From NCBI RefSeq assembly GCF_016124325.1, contig NZ_WGNY01000026.1, positions 4,204 to 68,203 of the forward strand: DNA of 64,000 bases. The letters are read 5' to 3'. The DNA is from Phenylobacterium sp. GTDB lineage: Bacteria > Pseudomonadota > Alphaproteobacteria > Caulobacterales > Caulobacteraceae. Made by a program: the position numbers and the translations under genes. Of this stretch, positions 35,362 through 43,100 are shown in pieces (position 1 is the stretch's first letter; every line of letters begins with the position of its first letter). The notes under the pieces were generated by a model. That model was not told the DNA's origin, made no database searches, and saw only the letters and a list, made by a program, of their open reading frames with translations.

Positions 35362-36918
35362 TTAGGTGGTCGGCAGCGAGGAGCAGGCGCCGGAGTTGCC
35401 GGAGCCGAAGTTCGCGGCGTCGCTGTTGCAGGTCCAGCCCTGCCACCAGGTGTCGTTCGCGTCCTTCACGGCGCCGACGTAGGTCGTCTTGGCGAAGAAG
35501 GAGCCGAGCGTGGACTGGTCGAACGCCACGACGCCCGTCTCGTTGGAGCCGTTCACGAACAGGCTCGAGAGCGTGGAGGTGAAGTCGTCCTTGTTGTTGT
35601 TCGAGCCCGCGCCGAACATCGTCTGCACCTGGGCGGCCGTGTAGCTGCCGGTGCCGATGTACTTGGTCGAGTTGCAGGTCATCACCACCGAGCGCGCCGT
35701 CAGCGTGGCCGGCGTCGTGCCCGAGCCGTTCATGCGGATGCACTCGTTGTTCGGGGTGTAGATGATGCTGTTGACCAGCGTGACGTCGGCGTTGCCGCGG
35801 TAGAGCACCGCCGCCTGGTCGGCCGCCTCGTTGTTGCTGCTGACCTGGCTCTGGATCATCGTGAAGTTCGACATCTGAAGCTTCGTCCGCGGCGTGTCGG
35901 TTTCGAAGCCGTTCGAGTCGATCTCGTTCAGGGCGTCGCCCTTGCCCGGACGCTGGAGCAGCAGGGCGTACTGGACGTTCATCTGGGCGCCCGTGTCGAC
36001 GTCCAGGCTGTCGTCGTCGGCGCCGACCGCGATGTAGTAGGTCATCTGCGGCGAGCCGCCGAAGTGCTCCGAACCGTCGTCCGAGCTGTTGTAGCTCATG
36101 ATGTGGTCGAGCTTGGTGCCCGAGCCGACGCCCTCGGTGGTCAGCGACTGCAGTTCGATGTTGCCGCTCAGGACGTAGCCCGAGTAGCGGATCTGGACGT
36201 ACGACATCGTCCCGCTGCTGTCGGCGCTGTCGGCGCCGCCGAACACCGCGGGATCAACCGCGCCTTCGGTCTGGCGTTCGCAGGTGCCGGCGGCGGTCGA
36301 GCCGGTGGTGCAGTCAGTGACCTTGCCGCGGCCCATGAGCACGACGCCGCCCCACTGGCCCTGCGAGGTCTCGGTGTTGAGGCCGAGGATGTTGTCGCGG
36401 CTGGTGAAGATGATCGGCTTGGTCGCGGTGCCGACGGCGTTGATCTTGTTGCCGCGGTTGACCGCCAGCCAGGACACGCCCGTGCCGCCGTAGACGATGA
36501 CGCCCGGCTCGATCGTCAGGGTGACGTTGGTGTCCGACGAGCCCTTGGTGAAGCCGCCGTCCGTGCCGACGTCGACGCGGCCCGGCAGCTGGTAGAGCAG
36601 GCCGGCGATCTTGGTCAGGGTGATCGACTTGTTGATGCGCGAGGGCAGGCTGCAGACGCGCCACGTGCCCGTCGGGCCGGTGATCGTGCCGTCGTCCTTC
36701 AGGCCCTGAGGATCGGCGATGGTCGGGCAGCCCGACGCCGGCGTGACCGTGCCGCTCGGGGTCGTCGGCGTGGTCGGCGTCGAGGGCGTGGACGGGTTGT
36801 TGATGGTGACGTTGCCGCCGGTCCCGGGCGACGAAATGTCGGACGCTCCGTCACAACCGGCCAGCGCCACAGCCGCGGCGGCGGACAGGAGGAATGTCTT
36901 CAGCGTATGGCCGGTCAT
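35362..36918 (-). CDS. lipoprotein of unknown function, first gene of the lipoprotein-TBDR operon
   Basis: ATG at 36918 with a GGAGAG RBS. Lipobox AVALAGC. 518 aa, rich in Thr/Ser/Gly/Asn, with several Cys pairs and a beta-rich appearance. Confidence 0.7.
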   Translation of the reverse strand: MTGHTLKTFLLSAAAAVALAGCDGASDISSPGTGGNVTINNPSTPSTPTTPTTPSGTVTPASGCPTIADPQGLKDDGTITGPTGTWRVCSLPSRINKSITLTKIAGLLYQLPGRVDVGTDGGFTKGSSDTNVTLTIEPGVIVYGGTGVSWLAVNRGNKINAVGTATKPIIFTSRDNILGLNTETSQGQWGGVVLMGRGKVTDCTTGSTAAGTCERQTEGAVDPAVFGGADSADSSGTMSYVQIRYSGYVLSGNIELQSLTTEGVGSGTKLDHIMSYNSSDDGSEHFGGSPQMTYYIAVGADDDSLDVDTGAQMNVQYALLLQRPGKGDALNEIDSNGFETDTPRTKLQMSNFTMIQSQVSSNNEAADQAAVLYRGNADVTLVNSIIYTPNNECIRMNGSGTTPATLTARSVVMTCNSTKYIGTGSYTAAQVQTMFGAGSNNNKDDFTSTLSSLFVNGSNETGVVAFDQSTLGSFFAKTTYVGAVKDANDTWWQGWTCNSDAANFGSGNSGACSSLPTT

Positions 36919-37031
36919 CTTGGGTCTCTCCAACGGCTTCGAACCAGGCGCGCGATGTCGCGCGGACGAACGGCTTCGCCGGAGAATTTCAGCTCCCAGC
37001 CCCGCCCTGGGCTCGGACACTTAGGGGTCCT

Positions 37032-37062
37032 TTGTGACGCCTCCCCCGCAGAATTGTGACGC
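37032..37062. promoter_or_regulatory. direct repeat TTGTGACGC x2, 22 bp centre-to-centre
   Basis: Copies at 37032..37040 and 37054..37062, in the 335-bp divergent region between the lipoprotein operon and the K+ channel gene. Confidence 0.3.
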
Positions 37063-37253
37063 TTCTGATTCCGTTGTCGGAAAGCCACGCCATGTAGGAA
37101 AAATAGTTCGCGACGCGATGCTTCGGCCGCACTCGGCGCAAGGGGATGCGAACGTCGGAAAAGCGCGCGCGGCGGCGAGCCATGGATTTTCGCGGAGCGG
37201 CCCCTGAGTATGGGCGTCGACACGCGAGCAGACTCAGCGGGGGGCCCCTTTCG

Positions 37254-37634
37254 ATGAAGCTCCGGATTCCGAATCTCCTCGACACCATCCCCGAGGTGGG
37301 GGGCCTCTACCTGGCGGCCTTCCTCGGCGGCTCGCTGGGCGTCGGCCGCTTCGAACATTGGGACCTGGCCGACTCGCTGTGGTGGGGCGTGGCGACGGTG
37401 ACGACCACCGGCTATGGCGACCTCTCGCCCGAGACGCTGCCCGCGCGCGTCATCGCCGGCTTGCTGATGGTGGCCGCCTGGGTGTTCAACATCCTGCTGG
37501 CGGGCCTGGTGGCGGCCCGGCTGATCGTCGATTCCGACGCCTGGACGCACGAGGAGCAGGAAGAAGTGAAGAGCAATCTGCGCACGATCCTGCGGGAGAT
37601 GCGCGAAGCGCGCCGGGCGGAGCGGTCGGAATGA
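37254..37634 (+). CDS. minimal two-TM potassium channel (KcsA-type pore)
   Basis: Selectivity filter TVTTTGYGD, flanked by TM1 (GGLYLAAFLGGSLGVG) and TM2 (VIAGLLMVAAWVFNILLAGLVAA). Start at ATG 37254; in-frame upstream ATGs at 37146 and 37182 are possible. Confidence 0.8.
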   Translation: MKLRIPNLLDTIPEVGGLYLAAFLGGSLGVGRFEHWDLADSLWWGVATVTTTGYGDLSPETLPARVIAGLLMVAAWVFNILLAGLVAARLIVDSDAWTHEEQEEVKSNLRTILREMREARRAERSE

Positions 37635-38002
37635 TCCGGCTGCTGCTCAACATCCTGTGGTTCATCCTCGGCGGCTGGATCTCGGGCACGGCCTGGCTGA
37701 TCGCCGGCGTGATCCTGGCGATCACCGTCATCGGCATGCCGTGGACGCCCGCGGCCTTCCGCATCGCGGGTTTCAGCTACTGGCCGTTCGGCAAGGTGGT
37801 GGTCGACCGCGATCCCGGCGTCAGCAGCGGGTGCCTCAACATCCTGTGGCTGGTGCTGGCCGGCTGGTGGCTGGCGCTGCATCACATCCTGATCGCCGCG
37901 GCGCTGGCGGTGACGATCATCGGCATCCCCTTCGCCTGGCAGCACGTGAAGCTGGCCGGCCTGGCGCTGATGCCCGTGGGCAAGGCGGTGGTGGAGGTCT
38001 GA
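37631..38002 (+). CDS. YccF-domain inner membrane protein
   Basis: 123 aa with duplicated YccF-like repeats (LNILWFILGGW...VIGMPWT and LNILWLVLAGWW...IIGIPFA). The ATG overlaps the channel stop (ATGA at 37631..37634). Confidence 0.8.
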   Translation: MIRLLLNILWFILGGWISGTAWLIAGVILAITVIGMPWTPAAFRIAGFSYWPFGKVVVDRDPGVSSGCLNILWLVLAGWWLALHHILIAAALAVTIIGIPFAWQHVKLAGLALMPVGKAVVEV

Positions 38003-38014
38003 CGGGCGGCCCCC

Positions 38015-38872
38015 TCAGCGCGGCTTCCGCCCGCCTGCCGTGTGATCGACCGGGCAGACCCGCCGCGAGCCGGTCTGGCGGAACGGCGACAGGCGCAGCT
38101 TGGTCTCGTGATCGGGCGCGCCGCGCTGGCCCTGCGGGTGCAGGCCCCGGTAGTAGAGCTTCTGCCACTGGTCGGAGGGCGCCTTGGGGTTGGTGCGGTG
38201 GACCCATTCCTGGAAGGCGGCGCGGGCGGCGCTCCAGCCGTCGTAGGATTGCAGCAGCTCGGGATTGTCCTCCATCGGCCGCAGTTCGGGCTTCAGCCCG
38301 TCGACCACCCCGCGCGGGGTGGGGAAGAAGAAGCAGAACGGCTCGTTCTCCTCGAACCGGATCCAAACGTCCGGCCGGGTGAAGCGCCAGTTCATCGTGA
38401 AGGTGTAGGGCGACCAGTCGGTCTCGATGACGCCGGCCAGCGGCGCGATGCCGTCCTTGATCCCGTTCGGCGGCCCGCCGACCCACAGGTTCCAGCCCTC
38501 GGACGTGCGGATCACCCCGTCGACGTGGAAGGTGATGACGCCGTTGCCGAACAGGGATTCCGGCAGCTTGCGCGGGTCGGCGCCCTTGTCGGGCACGATC
38601 TCGACCGAACCCGTGCCGATGTCGCCGCGCCAGCACGCCGAGAAGCCGCAGGGGCTGAGCACCTCCCAGCCGTGCGAATTGGCGATCGACAGCGGCAGGC
38701 AGCGGTAGGCGTAGCTCTCCGGCGTGGCGTCCATCCAGCCGCGCCGGGACGAGGCCGGGACGATCCGCGGCGCCCAGCCCTCGTGCACGTAGCAGGTCAG
38801 CTCGGTCTCGGCCTTCCGCGCCGGCGCGCTCCGCGGACGCTCGGGCGCGGACCCCTTCAAACGCTTCGCCAT
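38015..38872 (-). CDS. DUF6065-like protein
   Basis: 285 aa from ATG 38872. Blocks YRCLPLSIANSHGWEVL and ETDWSPYTFTMNWRF. The family name is from memory. Confidence 0.55.
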   Translation of the reverse strand: MAKRLKGSAPERPRSAPARKAETELTCYVHEGWAPRIVPASSRRGWMDATPESYAYRCLPLSIANSHGWEVLSPCGFSACWRGDIGTGSVEIVPDKGADPRKLPESLFGNGVITFHVDGVIRTSEGWNLWVGGPPNGIKDGIAPLAGVIETDWSPYTFTMNWRFTRPDVWIRFEENEPFCFFFPTPRGVVDGLKPELRPMEDNPELLQSYDGWSAARAAFQEWVHRTNPKAPSDQWQKLYYRGLHPQGQRGAPDHETKLRLSPFRQTGSRRVCPVDHTAGGRKPR

Positions 38873-38968
38873 CTCTACCCTCGCCGCCCGCAACAAGACT
38901 CAAAACTGCAACAGAACTGCGACACGGCTGCGGAAAAGCCGGGACGTGCGGGGCGGCGATGGGGGACC

Positions 38969-39043
38969 TGGAGCGGGTGAGGGGAATCGAACCCCTGACA
39001 TTCAGCTTGGGAAGCTGACGTTCTACCTCTGAACTACACCCGC
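38969..39043 (-). tRNA. tRNA-Gly (anticodon CCC), CCA encoded
   Basis: Minus-strand sequence GCGGGTG-TA-GTTC-AGAGGTA-GAAC-G-TCAGC-TTCCCAA-GCTGA-ATGTC-AGGGG-TTCGATT-CCCCT-CACCCGC-T-CCA folds as a canonical cloverleaf. Confidence 0.95.
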
Positions 39044-39138
39044 GCCGTCGGGGCGACGGCGGGCGCCGCCCCGGGGGCGATCCCTTTAGCTCGTCCCGGG
39101 CCGCCCCTCAAGGCGCGGGACGCCGGAGGCGTCGGGCC

Positions 39139-39525
39139 TCAGAACAGCTGGGCGAGGATCAGCACCACGCCCGCCAGGGCCACGGCCCAGGCCGCCGTAC
39201 GCACCCACGGAAGCCCGACCACATAGATCACCGCATAGGCGGCCCGGCCCCAGATGAAGAGCTGGGCGCCCAGCGCCGTCATGGCGTTCTCGCGGCCCGC
39301 CGCATGGGCGACCAGCACGAGCGCGGCGAACAGGACGAGGCTCTCCAGCATGTTGCGGTGGGCGCGGTGCGCGCGTCCGGCCCAGCCGGGATACTCGGCC
39401 ATGCCGTCGCGGTTGCCCACGAGCACCGGCAGGCTGGACTGGCTGAACGAGCCGGCCACGGCGACCAGCATCTGGATGAGCGTGAGCGCCACGGCGCACA
39501 CCAGGATCTGAAGCTCGACCGACAT
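39139..39525 (-). CDS. MAPEG family membrane protein
   Basis: 128 aa from ATG 39525 (RBS GGGGAAGG). Four helices. The motif RAHRNMLESLVLF is typical of MAPEG. Confidence 0.7.
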   Translation of the reverse strand: MSVELQILVCAVALTLIQMLVAVAGSFSQSSLPVLVGNRDGMAEYPGWAGRAHRAHRNMLESLVLFAALVLVAHAAGRENAMTALGAQLFIWGRAAYAVIYVVGLPWVRTAAWAVALAGVVLILAQLF

Positions 39526-39683
39526 GTTGCCTTCCCCGAATCGTCCTTGTTGCGGACGTGCCCGGATATCAGCGGTCGGCGTGCGGCCCGTCAAACCTGG
39601 CGAGATTCAACCTCGGGCGCGTTGACCCGGACGCCGGCGGGGGCGCACCATTCGTCGAACACGATAGGCGAGGACACGGGGCG

Positions 39684-40292
39684 ATGGCCGACGGCGAGAT
39701 GCTGAGCAAGGACGCGCAGGACCGGGCGAGGTTCTGCGCGATGACCGAGGGCACGGCGGAGGACTGGGCCGCGATCGGCCGCGCGGCCGCCGCCCACCGC
39801 GGCGAGCATGTGGACCGCATCCTGGCCCACCTGATGCTGCTGAAGGGCGATCACGGCGGGTTCAATGTGGACCGGCTGGAGCATTCGCTGCAGACCGCCA
39901 CCCGGGCCCACCGCGACGGGCGCGACGAGGAATATGTGGTCTGCGCCCTGCTGCACGACATCGGCGACATCCTGCTGCCGGCCAGCCACGCCGAGCTGGG
40001 CGCGGCGATCCTGAAGCCCTACGTCTCGGAGCAGAACCACTGGATGCTCGAGCACCACGGGATCTTCCAGGGCTATTACTTCTTCCACTATATCGGCCTG
40101 GATCGCGACATGCGCGAACAGTTCCGCGGCCATCCGTGGTTCGAATACACGGCCCAGTTCTGCCACCTGTACGACCAGAACTCGTTCGATCCCGCCTACG
40201 ACACCATGCCGCTCGAGGCCTTCGTCCCGATGATGCGGCGGGTGATGGAGGCGCCGAAGCGGTCGATCTACAAGAAGCCGCAGGCGGCCTGA
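39684..40292 (+). CDS. HD-domain protein (possibly MIOX/PhnZ-like HD oxygenase superfamily)
   Basis: 202 aa from ATG 39684. His/Asp ligand pattern: LEHSLQTATRAH, LLHDIGD, SHAELGA, EHHGIFQGYYFFHY. Confidence 0.65.
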   Translation: MADGEMLSKDAQDRARFCAMTEGTAEDWAAIGRAAAAHRGEHVDRILAHLMLLKGDHGGFNVDRLEHSLQTATRAHRDGRDEEYVVCALLHDIGDILLPASHAELGAAILKPYVSEQNHWMLEHHGIFQGYYFFHYIGLDRDMREQFRGHPWFEYTAQFCHLYDQNSFDPAYDTMPLEAFVPMMRRVMEAPKRSIYKKPQAA

Positions 40293-40300
40293 CGCCGGCC

Positions 40301-41221
40301 ATGCGCGGTTGGCGTTTCAGCGTAGCGGCGGGGCTGGCGGCTCTGGCCGCGGCCGGCGCGGCGGCGGCCCAGGGCCGCATCTCGCCCCAGGAAGCCATGC
40401 AGCTCGCCGGGGCGGCGGGCTTCACCATGCGCGGGACCCAGGCGGTCAACAGCTGCGGCCGGCCCGCCCAGCCGCGCTTCGCCTTCGTCGACCTGAACGG
40501 CGACCGCCGGCCCGAGGCCGTGGCCGCCGAGATCGATCCCGTCTGCTATGGCGGCACGGGCGAATCCTTCTCGATCCTCGAGCGCGACGCCACGGGGCGC
40601 TGGCGGGCGGTCGCCAGGGGACGCGGGCGGCTGATGCTGCTGAAGACCCAGACCAACGGCTGGCGCGACCTGAGCCTGGAGGGCGGCGGCTGCCAGCCGA
40701 CCTGGACCTGGAACGGGCGCGAATACCTGATGAGCAAGGGATGCGGGACGACGACCGCCGCCGCGCCGCCGCCCCCCGCCGCGCCGCCTTCCGCCGGCCC
40801 GCCCAAGCCGATGGCCGTCAGCGCGGCCGACAAGGAAGCGGCGTTCAAGGCGGCCGGCTTCCCCGCCGTGCGCGGCAGGCACCCGGCCTGCGACAAGTCG
40901 ACGGAGGCCACCATCGAGTTCAACGACCTGAACGGCGACGGACGGCCGGACGCCGTGGTCACCGACGCCGGGACCTTCTGCTACGGCAACACCGGCACGG
41001 GATATGTGGTGGTCGCCAAGCAAGCCAACGGAACCTGGCGCAAGGTGTTCGACAGCCCCGGCATTCCGGAGTTCCAGTCGACCCGCGGGGCCGACGGCTG
41101 GCCGGACGTCATCAACGGCGGGCCCGGCTTCTGCTTCGCGCTCCTCCGGTGGAACGGGTCGGAGCTGCGACGGATCGCCTGGAAGCCGCAGGCCCCTAAC
41201 GCCTGCGCCGGCCGGGACTAA
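40301..41221 (+). CDS. secreted protein with two tandem homologous domains (FG-GAP/VCBS-like DxNxDGxxD motif)
   Basis: ATG at 40301. Signal peptide. Domain 1 carries FVDLNGDRRPEAV...CYGGTGESF...GRW; domain 2 carries FNDLNGDGRPDAV...CYGNTGTGY...GTW. A Pro/Ala linker separates them. Confidence 0.65.
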   Translation: MRGWRFSVAAGLAALAAAGAAAAQGRISPQEAMQLAGAAGFTMRGTQAVNSCGRPAQPRFAFVDLNGDRRPEAVAAEIDPVCYGGTGESFSILERDATGRWRAVARGRGRLMLLKTQTNGWRDLSLEGGGCQPTWTWNGREYLMSKGCGTTTAAAPPPPAAPPSAGPPKPMAVSAADKEAAFKAAGFPAVRGRHPACDKSTEATIEFNDLNGDGRPDAVVTDAGTFCYGNTGTGYVVVAKQANGTWRKVFDSPGIPEFQSTRGADGWPDVINGGPGFCFALLRWNGSELRRIAWKPQAPNACAGRD

Positions 41222-41421
41222 GGGCCCGCGTTCCCGTCCTCGAAGATCTGCTCGATCGGCAGCGCGAACAGCCGGGCGATACGGAAGGCCAGCGGCAGGC
41301 TGGGATCGTACTTGCCCGTCTCGATGGCGTTGACGCTCTGGCGCGAGACGCCCAGCCGGTCGGCCAGGTCGCCCTGGCTCCAGTCGCGCTCGGCGCGAAG
41401 CACCTTCAGGCGGTTCTTCAT
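41218..41421 (-). CDS. XRE-family HTH transcriptional regulator (67 aa)
   Basis: MKNRLKVLRAERDWSQGDLADRLGVSRQSVNAIETGKYDPSLPLAFRIARLF is a classic Cro/C1 HTH. Confidence 0.85.
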   Translation of the reverse strand: MKNRLKVLRAERDWSQGDLADRLGVSRQSVNAIETGKYDPSLPLAFRIARLFALPIEQIFEDGNAGP

Positions 41422-41861
41422 CGCCGGGCAAGCCGCGTCCAGAGGCCGTAGATCACGGCGCCCGCCGTCGGCATGAACAGCGCCAGCATGTAGCCGCTGG
41501 AGAAGGCCCGCGCGGCGGCCGGGCCCGCATCCGTCGCGGGGAACAGCCAGTGCAGGCCGCCCAGGCCCACGAAAGCATACGCCGGCACCGACAGCAGGAG
41601 CCCGGCCAGGCCGCCCACATACCAGGCGCGTTGCTCGCGCCAGCGCTGGTATTCGTCCATCGACCGGTTGAGCCGGATGGCGAAGAGCCCCCACAGGAGG
41701 ACGAGCGCCGCGGCGCCGGCCGTGCCGGCGATGATGCGCGCGGGCTGGCTCCAGCCCATGGCGACGCCGATGCGCAGCGTCAGCACCATCGCCACGGCGA
41801 GGCCCGCGAAACACACGACGCCGATCAAGAGGTTGCGGTGAAGTCGAGATGGACCGCTCAT
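41418..41861 (-). CDS. four-helix membrane protein co-transcribed with the XRE regulator
   Basis: ATG at 41861 with an AAGGAG RBS. 147 aa. Its stop overlaps the XRE start (ATGA at 41418..41421). Confidence 0.6.
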   Translation of the reverse strand: MSGPSRLHRNLLIGVVCFAGLAVAMVLTLRIGVAMGWSQPARIIAGTAGAAALVLLWGLFAIRLNRSMDEYQRWREQRAWYVGGLAGLLLSVPAYAFVGLGGLHWLFPATDAGPAAARAFSSGYMLALFMPTAGAVIYGLWTRLARR

Positions 41862-41949
41862 GTCGCGTCTCCTTGTCTTGATGACAAGGAAACATGACAT
41901 ATCAGGCCTGTCAAGGACGCTGGACAAATGTCGGGCTTCGTTGATCGGC

Positions 41950-42972
41950 CTACTCGCCCCAGACCTTGAAGTGCTTGGAGAGTTTCAGGCCCTGGCGCTG
42001 GTAGTGGGAGCCGAGGTCGCCGTAGAGGCGGGTCGGCCGCTCGGTCAGCGGCTCGTAGACCAGCCGGGCCACCGTCTGGCCGTCCTCCAGGATGAACGGC
42101 GTCTCGTGGCTGCGCACCTCGAGCACGCCCTTGGAGCCCTTGCCGTGCGCCTCGTCGGTGCCGAAGCCGGGATCGAAGAAGCCGGCGTAGTGGACGCGGA
42201 ACTCGCCCACCGACGGGTCGATGGGCGTCATCTCGGCCGCCTCCAGCACCGGGATCTCCACCGGCTGCTTCGAGGCCAGGATGTAGAATTCGCCGGGATC
42301 GAGCAGGAGCTGGCCGCCCCGCGGGATCAACGGCTCCCAGAAGTCGCGCGGATCGTGGCCGTCCTCGTGGTCGAGATCGACGACGCCGGCGTGGCGGCGG
42401 CCGCGGAAGCCGGCGACCTCGCCCGTCAGGTCGACGCCGACGCTCTCGATCCGCAGGCGCTCGGGCACGCCGGCCTTGAGGCGCAGCTGATTGAGGCGTG
42501 TGCCCGACCGCACCAGCACCGAGAAGGTCTGGGGCGCGATCTCCATGTAGAGCGGCCCCTCGTAGCCCTCGTCCACGTCGTCGAAGGCGTCGCCGTAGTC
42601 GGTGATGACGCGCACGAACACGTCGACCCGGCCCGTGGAGCTCTTGGGATTGGCCCGCGCCGAGACGCCCTTGGGCAGCTTCACCCGCTCCTGCAGCTCG
42701 GCGATGTAGACGCAGCCGCGCTCCAGCACCGCGCCGCCGCCCGTGAGATCGAGCTCGTGCATGGCCACCTCGGCGATCCGCTGGCGCACGGTCCCGTGCC
42801 TGGGCAGGAACGAGGCGCGCACGCGCCAGGCCTTGCCGGCGAGGCGCAGGTCGAGGCTGGCGGGCTGGACCTGGTCGTCCTCCCACGGCGTGGCGGAGGT
42901 GATCGCGCCGGCCGCGATCAGGGCTTCGATGGACTGGCAGGGCAGGATGCCCGGAACGGGGAAATCGCTCAT
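41950..42972 (-). CDS. dcd: 2'-deoxycytidine 5'-triphosphate deaminase (long form)
   Basis: 340 aa. Blocks QPASLDLRLG-like (QPASLDLRLAG) and ANPKSSTGRVDVFVRV. Confidence 0.8.
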   Translation of the reverse strand: MSDFPVPGILPCQSIEALIAAGAITSATPWEDDQVQPASLDLRLAGKAWRVRASFLPRHGTVRQRIAEVAMHELDLTGGGAVLERGCVYIAELQERVKLPKGVSARANPKSSTGRVDVFVRVITDYGDAFDDVDEGYEGPLYMEIAPQTFSVLVRSGTRLNQLRLKAGVPERLRIESVGVDLTGEVAGFRGRRHAGVVDLDHEDGHDPRDFWEPLIPRGGQLLLDPGEFYILASKQPVEIPVLEAAEMTPIDPSVGEFRVHYAGFFDPGFGTDEAHGKGSKGVLEVRSHETPFILEDGQTVARLVYEPLTERPTRLYGDLGSHYQRQGLKLSKHFKVWGE

Positions 42973-43100
42973 GGGCGGCGAAGCCTTAGCGCAGAACGCG
43001 GGTGTTGCAAGGCCTCAGGCGCCGCTCGCGGCCAAGCGGACCTTGACGGGGCGGCGCCCCTGCCGTTCAAGCGGCGTCCTGTTTGCCGAAGGAGGCCGTC

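Noticed and set aside
38969-39043. Search for an att-like direct repeat of the tRNA-Gly 3' end to delimit an island
   Set aside because: Visual inspection of the candidate boundaries (31.8-32.1 kb, 36.9-37.3 kb, 38.9 kb) showed no copy of the GGGGAATCGAA-containing segment. A computational search is needed, so the island idea remains a low-confidence inference.
42973-43100. Possible SAM-II-type riboswitch in the metZ leader
   Set aside because: Alphaproteobacterial met genes often carry SAM-II, but I could not find the conserved AAAGCU-type 3' element or a convincing pseudoknot by eye. The region also has to house the divergent dcd promoter. It needs an Rfam cmscan (RF00521) to decide.
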